Positions 7,607 to 15,683 of a DNA stretch of 28,914 bases are shown one piece after another. Source of the DNA: Bryobacterales bacterium (GTDB taxonomy: Bacteria; Acidobacteriota; Terriglobia; Bryobacterales; Bryobacteraceae); contig JAUZEU010000476.1 in the NCBI GenBank assembly GCA_030838885.1, positions 1-28,914 on the forward strand, read 5' to 3'. The position numbers and the translations under genes were made by a program. The notes below the pieces were generated by a model. That model was not told the DNA's origin and ran no database searches. It worked only from the letters and a program-made list of their open reading frames with translations. Position 1 is the first letter of the stretch. Every line of letters begins with the position of its first letter.

Positions 7607-10425
7607 ATGAATCTTACCGCTCACGCTGTTCCGTTGATGCTGTTGGCCCTTCCGGCGGCTGCACAGGATCCCTCTGCTTTCTTTGAAAAGCAGATCCGGC
7701 CCGTGTTCGCCGCCAAATGCGCGCAGTGCCACAACAGCACTCTGAAGACGGCGGGCCTCGATCTCACCACGTCCGGCGGCATCGTGGCGGCAGCTTCCGG
7801 CAACCGTCTGGTCAAGGCGATCGGGTACGAAGATAAGACGAAGATGCCGCCATCCGGCAAGCTTCCGGACGTTGCGATTCAGGACATCACGACTTGGGTG
7901 AATTCCGGGGCGATAGTGCCGGACTACAAGCCGCTGGCGACTCCAACCGCCGGCGTTTTCAGCGAAGCGCGTCGCAGCCACTGGTCTTATCAGCCTGTTC
8001 GGAACGTAGCGCTGCCTGCTGTCAAACAGGTTGCCTGGGCGCAATCGCCTATAGATCGGTTTATCCTGGCGAAGCTGGAAGAGAAAGGTCTCACCCCTCC
8101 AAAGCCCGCAGACAAGGGGACGCTGATTCGGCGCGCCAAGTACGATCTTCTGGGGCTGCCACCCACGGAAGACGAGATCCGCGAATTTACCTCAGACAAC
8201 TCGCCAGATGCTTTCGCGAAGGTTGTAGATAAGTTCCTGGCGTCGCCTCACTACGGTGAGAAGTGGGGAAGGCACTGGCTGGATGTTGCGCGGTATGCCG
8301 AATCTTGTGGAGTGGATGAAAACGACGCTTACACCGAAGCCTGGCGCTATCGCGAGTACGTCATCGATGCATTCAACCGTGACGTTCCTTTCAATACTTT
8401 CATTCGCGAACAGGTGGCTGGTGATCTTCTTCCATCCGGCGATGGATCGCCGGTAAATGTGCGCGGCAGGGTGGCCACCGGGTTTCTCGCTCTTGGCCCA
8501 AGGCCACGGTTGAGATGGACAAACTGAAGACTGCATCGGATGTGATCGATGAGCAGATCGACACGACGTCGAAGGCCTTTTTGGGCCTGACCGTTGCGTG
8601 CGCGCGTTGCCACGATCATAAATTCGATCCGATCGCGACCAAAGATTACTACTCGATGGCCGCGATTTTCGCGAATACGAAGAGCTTTGACAATGCGAAG
8701 GGCGACTTCTTTACGGAGCGGAAATCGCGCCTTTATATGGCGCCTCTTGCGGACCAGGCGGTCTACGAGACTTACCGATTGCACCAGCAGAAGATCGCTG
8801 CGAGGACGATGCAGGCGACAGCATTGCTCGATAACGAGACCTGGAAATATGCATCGGCGAATCTCTTCCCGCGGATGGCCGATTACATGGCGGCAGCATG
8901 GAAAGCTCAGCATGGCACGAACGCCGATGAAATCGCCGCCATTGAGAAGCTTGACGCCTGCATCCTGAAGGAGTGGATAAAGTATCTCGATCCGAAAGGC
9001 GGGTTTCTTCCGCACCTGCAGCGCTGGCGTCAGGCGGATAAAGCGAATGTCGCTTCCGTGGCCCGAGAGTACGCCGGGCTTTTCCAGAAGACTGCTAATA
9101 GCTGGGGCGTCCAACTGGCGGAATGGAAGGTGGCCGTCGATGACGCTGTAGCTGGTAAGAGGGAATTGCCCAAGGCTCCCAATATCGAGTACAACAGCAC
9201 GACGGCATTCACAGATCCTTCAGAACGCCTGTTCGCCGACATCGTGATTCCTGCGCGCACGTTGAACGATAGGACCGCTAAAGACGGTCCGTTTGTTCTT
9301 CCGGCCAAAGAACAGGAGGATCATCTGTCGGCCGACATGAAAGTGCGTCTTGCGGAGCTTCGGAAGGAAGCAGACACCCTTAAGGAAAGCTCTCCGCCCA
9401 AGCCGCCGATGGCGAATGCCGTGGCGGAAGGCCCGAAGGTGGAACAGCATGTGTTTATTCGGGGCAACTACTCAAATCCCGGGGATCTGGTCGAGCCAGC
9501 CATGCCGACCATCCTTCGTGCCGCCGCGACTAAGCCCGTGGCGCAGGGAAGCGGCCGGCTGGAACTGGCGGATTTTCTCGCGAGCTCCGCCAACCCGCTG
9601 ACCGCCCGCGTGATCGTAAATCGGATGTGGTCCTGGCACTTCGGGGAAGGTCTGGTCCGCACGCCCAATAACTTCGGAATCATGGGTGAAGCGCCGACGC
9701 ATCCGGAGTTGCTCGACAATCTGGCGAAGCAGTTCATAGCCGGAGGGTGGTCCATGAAAGCCATGCACTGGACGATGATGCTCACCAGTCTGTATCAGAG
9801 CGCCAGTGAGACCTCTCCGGATGCTGCTCGTATGGACCCCGCGAACCGCCTTTGGTCCCGCTTTCAACGCCGCCGAATGACTGTGGAAGAGGTGCGCGAT
9901 ACCTGGCTGCAACTGGCCAACTCGCTCGATCTCAGGATGGGCGGCATCTTCGATCAGGTGGACGCGGAAGCCGGTGGCCGGGGTGGTCCGGATCGCGGAA
10001 TGCGCGGCGCTTCGCCAAGAAACTTTGACGTCAGCAAGCGGCGCACAGTCTACGTTGCGATTAACCGGAATGCGGTGGCTACTCCGATGGTTCTGTATGA
10101 CTTTGTCGACTCCACTACGAGTGCGGGTGACCGGCCGGAAACTATCATTGCCCCGCAGGCACTTTACCTGATCAATAACCCGTTTGTGGCGAACAATGCA
10201 AAGGCCTTTGCTGAGCGCCTTCTCTCGGACAAGACCCTTTCCGATGAGCAACGCATCGCGAAGGCTTACCAGATGGCATGGCAGCGCGAGGCAACCACGG
10301 CCGAGATGGGCAGCGCGTTGAATTACATCCGGCAATATCCGGCGGCTGCTAAGGCGGACTTCACTGGCTGGCAAAGTTTCTGCCGCATTCTGATGTCGGC
10401 AAACCAATTTCATTTCATTGATTAA
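7607..10425 (+). CDS. PSCyt1/DUF1549/DUF1553 (PSD1 and planctomycete cytochrome c) protein, interrupted by a 1-nt frameshift near 8500
   Basis: Signal peptide, CAQCH, DUF1549 motifs (HWSYQP, PIDRFI, LIRR..YDLLGLPP, GEKWGRHWLDVARYAES, ACARCHDHKFDPI), DUF1553 motifs (NPLTARVIVNRMW, PTHPELLD, QALYLINN); ORFs 7607-8527 and 8515-10425 join inside DUF1549. Confidence 0.88.
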
Positions 10426-10438
10426 CGAGGCACGCACG

Positions 10439-11824
10439 ATGATGAACCCGAGTCATTTTTCACGACGAGCGATGCTCCGTAAGAGCGCCTGCGGTTTCGG
10501 CATGATCGGCCTCAGCAGCCTGCTGGCGGCGGAAACCAATCCACTGGCGCCCAAGGCACCGCACTTCGCGCCCACTGCGAAGCGGGTCATCATGCTTTTC
10601 ATGGATGGTGGTCCTTCCCATGTGGATTCCTTCGACCAGAAGCCCCTGCTCGACCGCGATCATTTGAAGCCACCGCCGTTCAAGCTGGGGACTACTTTCA
10701 ATCCGGTTGGCGCGCTCATGAAGTCGCCGTGGGCGTTCAACCGCTATGGGCAAATGGGAATGCCGGTTAGCGATCTGTTTCCCAACGTGGCACAGCATGT
10801 GGACAAGATCACCTTCATGCATTCGATGGTTGCAGATGGCCTGGACCATGGCGGCGCACTGCTCCAGATGCACACAGGGACTCTGACGCTAACCCGTCCG
10901 TCTATGGGTTCATGGATACTCTACGGACTCGGTACTGAGAATCAGAACCTGCCGGGCTTTCTGACTATTCGCCCGCACACGGGCCACAGCGGGGTGCGTA
11001 ACTGGAGCACGGCTTTTCTGCCCGGCGCTTACCAGGGCACTCCTGTTGGGGTGTCGCGCCCCAGGCTGGAAGACGTCCAGAAAGAGCCTATTGAGAATCT
11101 GTTGCCGCAGGGCCTCAGCCCTGAACAACAGCGATATGAACTCGACATGCTGCGCAACGTCAACCTGAAACAGGCAGAGCTGAACAAGTATGACGAGCGA
11201 TTGGAATCTCGCATCCAGTCGTTTGAACTTGCTTTCCGGATGCAGGCTGAAGCTCCCGATGCGTTCGATACTTCAAAGGAATCGGAGGCCACTAAGAAAC
11301 TCTATGGGGTAGACGATCCGGCAACGGCTGACTATGGCTGGCAGTGCCTGTTGGCGCGGCGGCTGGTGGAGCGTGGCGTTCGCATCGTGCAGTGTAATTC
11401 AGAGGGTTGGGACCAGCACACGGAACTGGCTCGACGCCATGCGGAACAGGCACGGATGGTGGATAGGCCAATCGCGGGGCTGCTGGCAGATCTGGAATCG
11501 AGGGACATGCTGAAGGACACGCTCGTCATCTGGGGCGGGGAATTCGGCCGTACACCGGTTATGGAGAAAGATGGCCGGGATCACAACCCGTATGGCTTTA
11601 CGTTCTGGATGGCCGGCGGTGGCGTGAAGCGCGGCTTCCGCTATGGCGCGACTGACGATTACGGCTATAACGCGGTTGAGGACCGAATGCATGTGCATGA
11701 TTTCCATGCGACGGTGCTGCATCTGCTTGGCCTGGACCACAAACGCCTCACCTATCGATATAGCGGCAGGGACTTCCGGCTGACGGATGTTTATGGTGAT
11801 GTCGCGAAGAAGATCCTGGCGTGA
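10439..11824 (+). CDS. DUF1501 domain protein (alkaline phosphatase/sulfatase-like fold), twin-arginine signal
   Basis: SRRAMLR...GFG signal; AKRVIMLFMDGGPSHVDSFD, RPSMGSW..YGLG, WDQH, WGGEFGRTP, GRDHNP, HDFHAT.LHLLG.D, RDFRLTDV; GAGG 8 nt before ATG 10439. Confidence 0.93.
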   Translation: MMNPSHFSRRAMLRKSACGFGMIGLSSLLAAETNPLAPKAPHFAPTAKRVIMLFMDGGPSHVDSFDQKPLLDRDHLKPPPFKLGTTFNPVGALMKSPWAFNRYGQMGMPVSDLFPNVAQHVDKITFMHSMVADGLDHGGALLQMHTGTLTLTRPSMGSWILYGLGTENQNLPGFLTIRPHTGHSGVRNWSTAFLPGAYQGTPVGVSRPRLEDVQKEPIENLLPQGLSPEQQRYELDMLRNVNLKQAELNKYDERLESRIQSFELAFRMQAEAPDAFDTSKESEATKKLYGVDDPATADYGWQCLLARRLVERGVRIVQCNSEGWDQHTELARRHAEQARMVDRPIAGLLADLESRDMLKDTLVIWGGEFGRTPVMEKDGRDHNPYGFTFWMAGGGVKRGFRYGATDDYGYNAVEDRMHVHDFHATVLHLLGLDHKRLTYRYSGRDFRLTDVYGDVAKKILA

Positions 11825-11867
11825 GAACCGTTTAGCTCGCGGCGCTGTCAAGTATCCTATGGATTGT

Positions 11868-13946
11868 TTAGGGCAGAGCTAACGCGACTAACTCTGCCGG
11901 GAAACCCGCCGCGCCAACTGCTACAACGATGAACTGCCGCCCGTCCGCCATATAAGTCATCGGGACGCCCGTGGTCATGGCAGGCAGAGTCATCTCGTGA
12001 ATGACTTTGCCGGTCTTCTTATCTATGGCGCGGAACGTGTTACCCCCAGCCCCCGCCGGGCTGGCCCAGAGGTTATTCCCGTCCGATCCGAACAACAACG
12101 ACTTCGTCACCATCAGCAACGACCGCGACGGCTTGCCCGTATTACTCAGGTCAATCCCTTTCAGTGCGGGATGATTTTTGATGTAATCCGGCGCATCGCC
12201 GTTGGCGATGGTCCACATGTGGTCGCCAGAGTTCAGGTCGATTGCCGTGATTCTTCCCCATGGTGGTTTGACAAGAGGCAGGCCCTGAGGGCCGACATTG
12301 GTACGTGCTGCAGGCCGCATGGCGAAACTTTCGCTGTCGTCCGTGTTGCCGGAGAAGGTGGGGGGAGCGATTCGGGCCGGGCCGCCATTCGCGTTGCCTG
12401 TTGTGCCGGCGGGCGCTCCGCCACGTGCGGGGCCGCCGCGACCGCCGCCGACGTAACCCATGTCCGACCTCTTCGGGTCAGCCTTTGTGACGGAGAGAAA
12501 CTCACTCTGGGTGACCGATGCCACGTAAAGCACACCGGTTTCCGCATCCACTGCGCCGCCTGGCCAGTTCACGCCGCCCACATGCGCGGGAAGCAGAAAC
12601 AGAGCGGATTTTCCATCTGTATCCGGCACGATCGGGGGTGAATAGAGCGGGCCCATTTTGTATTGGGAGGCGATCTTCAGCGCTTCCTGTCTCAACGCCG
12701 GTGTGAAGTCAATCAGAACGTCAGGGCTGGAACCCTGGCGGTCAAACGCAGCGGGCTTGGTGGGGAACGGCTGCGTGGGTGAAGTCCTCTCGCCAGGCAC
12801 ATCGGACTGCGGCACCGGGCGCTCCTCGATCGGCCACACCGGCTGCCCCGTAACCCGGTCGAATACAAAGGCGAAAGCCTGCTTTGTAACCTGCGCTACA
12901 GCCTTAATCTTCTTGCCATCTTTGTTGATGTCCACGAGGATAGGGGGCGCGGCGATATCCCAATCCCAGACGTCGTGGTGAACCAGTTGGTAGTGCCAGA
13001 CGCGTTTGCCGGTGCGTGCATCCAGACACACCAGGCTGTCGGAGAACAGATTGGCGCCCGGGCGGTTCCCGCCATAGAAGTCTCCGGTCGGCATCTCGAC
13101 CGGGATGTAGACGTAGCCAAGTTCTTCATCCGCGCTCAGCGGCGCCCAGGCGCCCGTGTTGCCGGAGTACTTCCAGGAATCGTTCTCCCATGTTTCATTG
13201 CCAAACTCGCCAGGCCGGGGAATCGTTTTGAAGGTCCAGATCTTCTTCCCCGTGCGCACGTCGAAGCCGCGGATGTAACCGGGCACGTTCTCTTTGGTCG
13301 TCGGAGCCGTACCCGCCAGCAATGCCGCGCCCACCACAACCGTATCCTTTACGATAATCGCCGGGGAACTTGCGCCGATTTGTCCCGGTTTCACCGCCGG
13401 GCGATCCAGGCCCTCGGTCAGTTCAACCTTGCCACTTGTGCCGAAGGTGGTGATTGGCAGACCGGTCTTTGCGTTGAGCTCTATAAGTTGGTAGCCGGGA
13501 GAAATCACCAGAATTCTCTCGTCGCCCTTACCGTCGGTCCAGTATGCGAGCCCGCGATTCACCACTCGGGCAACTACGGTTCCGCGAGGGCCTTCATCCA
13601 GCCGGTAGATCCAAAGCGTTTCGCCCGTCACCGCATCTACTGCAACCGCGTCACGCCGGGTACCTGCGGTGAAGTACAGCACCCCGCCGGCCATGAGCGG
13701 CGTGACTTCCCAATTGAAATCCGGGCGCTTGCCGAAATTCTGCGCCTTCCATTCCCAAACGATTTTTAGGTCCTTCACGTTCGAGGCATTGATCTGGTCG
13801 AGCGCCGAGTATTTGGTAGACCCGGCATCGCCGCCGTAAAAGTGCCATTCGCCGTTCTGCGCGCCACGCTGTGCACACACCGGCAGCGTTCCGACTGCCT
13901 GCAGCACTGTCAGAGGCACAATCCACCGCAACCCGTTTATTGCCAT
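11868..13946 (-). CDS. PQQ-dependent dehydrogenase (quinoprotein glucose/quinate/shikimate dehydrogenase-like beta-propeller), soluble and exported
   Basis: W..YGGD..STKYS.LDQIN..NV..L, Trp-docking repeats, QLVHHDVWDWD, PTQPFP, PPWG.ITAIDL, PMTY..DGRQF; signal peptide instead of N-terminal TM helices; GAGG RBS. Confidence 0.92.
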   Translation of the reverse strand: MAINGLRWIVPLTVLQAVGTLPVCAQRGAQNGEWHFYGGDAGSTKYSALDQINASNVKDLKIVWEWKAQNFGKRPDFNWEVTPLMAGGVLYFTAGTRRDAVAVDAVTGETLWIYRLDEGPRGTVVARVVNRGLAYWTDGKGDERILVISPGYQLIELNAKTGLPITTFGTSGKVELTEGLDRPAVKPGQIGASSPAIIVKDTVVVGAALLAGTAPTTKENVPGYIRGFDVRTGKKIWTFKTIPRPGEFGNETWENDSWKYSGNTGAWAPLSADEELGYVYIPVEMPTGDFYGGNRPGANLFSDSLVCLDARTGKRVWHYQLVHHDVWDWDIAAPPILVDINKDGKKIKAVAQVTKQAFAFVFDRVTGQPVWPIEERPVPQSDVPGERTSPTQPFPTKPAAFDRQGSSPDVLIDFTPALRQEALKIASQYKMGPLYSPPIVPDTDGKSALFLLPAHVGGVNWPGGAVDAETGVLYVASVTQSEFLSVTKADPKRSDMGYVGGGRGGPARGGAPAGTTGNANGGPARIAPPTFSGNTDDSESFAMRPAARTNVGPQGLPLVKPPWGRITAIDLNSGDHMWTIANGDAPDYIKNHPALKGIDLSNTGKPSRSLLMVTKSLLFGSDGNNLWASPAGAGGNTFRAIDKKTGKVIHEMTLPAMTTGVPMTYMADGRQFIVVAVGAAGFPAELVALALP

Positions 13947-13966
13947 TTAGCTTTCCTCGCGCCACG

Positions 13967-14374
13967 CTACTTTTTTGCTTCGATCCGGATCTCATTCATG
14001 GCGGCCAGTTCCCGATCCAGTTCTTTCTCCCCGGCGGGAAAGTCGTTCGCTTTGAGAATGAACGCGGCGAGATCGGAGTACTGGCGCATGCTCAGATGCC
14101 CCGGATCGTCCGTAGGCATGGTCTTGCGCATGAATTCGAAAAGCGCCCCCACCGTCTTTCCGTTCCAGCGGCTCAGGAATTCCGGCCCGGTGAGTTCAGG
14201 AGAGCCATCCCCGCCGGTCAGATTTTCGGAGTGGCATTTGGCGCACTCTTCGCGGTAGACAGTCTGTCCACGTATGGCCTGGTCTTTTGTGTAAACGCCG
14301 TCCTGGGCCGAACGTGCTGCGGCAAGAATGGGAATGATGGCGGACAGAAAGATCGCAACGCGGGCTCGGCGCAT
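13967..14374 (-). CDS. monoheme c-type cytochrome, likely partner of the PQQ enzyme
   Basis: Signal peptide, VYTKDQAIRGQTVY..ECAKCH, Met ligand candidate in KTMP; 20 nt upstream of the PQQ gene. Confidence 0.9.
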   Translation of the reverse strand: MRRARVAIFLSAIIPILAAARSAQDGVYTKDQAIRGQTVYREECAKCHSENLTGGDGSPELTGPEFLSRWNGKTVGALFEFMRKTMPTDDPGHLSMRQYSDLAAFILKANDFPAGEKELDRELAAMNEIRIEAKK

Positions 14375-14386
14375 AAGAGGTCTTGG

Positions 14387-14400
14387 TGAAAACGATTGCA
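14387..14400. promoter_or_regulatory. candidate LacI-family operator upstream of cytochrome c-PQQ operon
   Basis: TGAAAACGATTGCA, 12 nt from the cytochrome c ATG, at about +1 to +14 of the predicted minus-strand promoter. Confidence 0.65.
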
Positions 14401-14407
14401 GCTATGG

Positions 14408-14436
14408 AACTTATAACAGTGGGGGTTCTCTGTCAA
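14408..14436 (-). promoter_or_regulatory. candidate sigma70 promoter for cytochrome c-PQQ operon
   Basis: Minus strand TTGACA (14436-14431)-N17-TAAGTT (14413-14408). Confidence 0.6.
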
Positions 14437-14472
14437 GGGGACGGAACCCCCCTATGGATAGGGCGATTCAAG

Positions 14473-14500
14473 TTGACCTGAAGCCGTCATTTCATATAAG
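14473..14500 (+). promoter_or_regulatory. candidate sigma70 promoter for alpha-hydroxy-acid oxidase pair
   Basis: TTGACC-N16-TATAAG, 22 nt upstream of the TTG start at 14523. Confidence 0.55.
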
Positions 14501-14522
14501 CTCGGCGCACAGTGGTGAAGTC

Positions 14523-15680
14523 TTGAATCGCAGGGAATCTCTTCGTGCTTTGGGGGCGTTTTTGGCAGGCTCGCCGCTGCTTGCGCAGCAGGATCCCCTG
14601 CGTGATCACACGCGGGTTCCGGGGCTGAACGAACTGTTAACGGCTTTCGATTTCGAGGCAGTGGCGTATACGAAGCAGCCGCGCGCGGTTTACGATTACC
14701 GGGCGTATGGTTCGGACAGCGAGTTTACGCTGCGCCGCAACCGTGAGGCGTTCGAATGGGTGGAGTTGATTCCGAAGCGCGTGGTGGCGGGTCCGGTGTC
14801 CACCGCATGCGAAGTGTTCGGGACGAAGATGGCGTTCCCTCTGATTGTGTCTCCGACGGCAGCCCATGGTGAACTTCATCCGGAGGGCGAACTCGCCACT
14901 CATAAGGGCGCGCTGGCGGCGGCGAGCACGCCGATGATTCTGAGCAACAATACCAGTTTCCCGTTCGACAAAGTGGTGGCGGCAGCGGGGAGCCCTATGT
15001 GGGTGCAGCTGTACCCGAAACAGCAGCTTGAGGCCAACCGGTCGTATCTGGAAAGCGCACAGGCGGCCGGGGCGAAGGCAGTGGTGGTTACTATCGACCA
15101 GCAGGTCTCGTACTACGAGCGCTCGCTGCATGACCGGAATCTGAACAGCAGTACGCGGGGTAGTGCGCGTGGTCCGGGAATGCGCCCGACGATGGGGAAT
15201 CCGTACCGCGTGGCCGATAACCGCCTGTGGTACGAGTGGAAGTTTTTCGATGAGATTCGCCCTTTTGTGAAGGTGCCAATGATTGCCAAAGGCGTGGTAA
15301 CGCCGGAGGATGCGAAGCTCTGTCTGGAGCACGGGGTGGATGGTGTTTATGTTTCCAACCATGGTGGGCGCTCGCTGGACTACGGCCCTTCGACTCTGGA
15401 AGTGCTGCCCGAGATTGTGGATGCGGTGCATGGACGCGTGCCGGTGCTGTTCGACAGCGGGATTCGCCGGGGTTCAGATATTTTGAAAGCCCTGGCTCTG
15501 GGCGCGAGCGCGGTGTGTATCGGGCGCGTGCCGTTGTGGGGGCTTGGATCGTTTGGTGCAGCCGGCGTGCAGCGTGTGCTGGAGATTTTGCAGGCCGAAC
15601 TGGTGCAGGCAATGCAATATACCGGGTGCACTACGTTGGCGTCCGTAGATCGTAAGATGTTGCTGACGAATTTCCCGTAG
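14523..15680 (+). CDS. FMN-dependent alpha-hydroxy-acid oxidase/dehydrogenase with twin-arginine-like signal peptide
   Basis: TTG start gives MNRRESLRALGAFLAGSPLLAQQ; VYDY, WVQLY, VTID, KGV, VSNHGGRSLD, DSGIRRGSD..KALALGA, GR; upstream in-frame starts lie 5' of the promoter. Confidence 0.9.
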   Translation: MNRRESLRALGAFLAGSPLLAQQDPLRDHTRVPGLNELLTAFDFEAVAYTKQPRAVYDYRAYGSDSEFTLRRNREAFEWVELIPKRVVAGPVSTACEVFGTKMAFPLIVSPTAAHGELHPEGELATHKGALAAASTPMILSNNTSFPFDKVVAAAGSPMWVQLYPKQQLEANRSYLESAQAAGAKAVVVTIDQQVSYYERSLHDRNLNSSTRGSARGPGMRPTMGNPYRVADNRLWYEWKFFDEIRPFVKVPMIAKGVVTPEDAKLCLEHGVDGVYVSNHGGRSLDYGPSTLEVLPEIVDAVHGRVPVLFDSGIRRGSDILKALALGASAVCIGRVPLWGLGSFGAAGVQRVLEILQAELVQAMQYTGCTTLASVDRKMLLTNFP

Positions 15681-15683
15681 AAC

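Noticed and set aside
8495-8527. Programmed frameshift in the PSCyt gene
   Set aside because: No X XXY YYZ slippery site or stimulatory structure; a lost A in a short run explains it
9472-10437. 321-aa minus-strand ORF
   Set aside because: Antisense to the DUF1553 region; long shadow ORFs are expected at high GC
14328-14522. 65-aa N-terminal extension of the oxidase in the ORF track
   Set aside because: Overlaps the cytochrome c start, operator and both promoters; TTG 14523 exposes a clean RR signal
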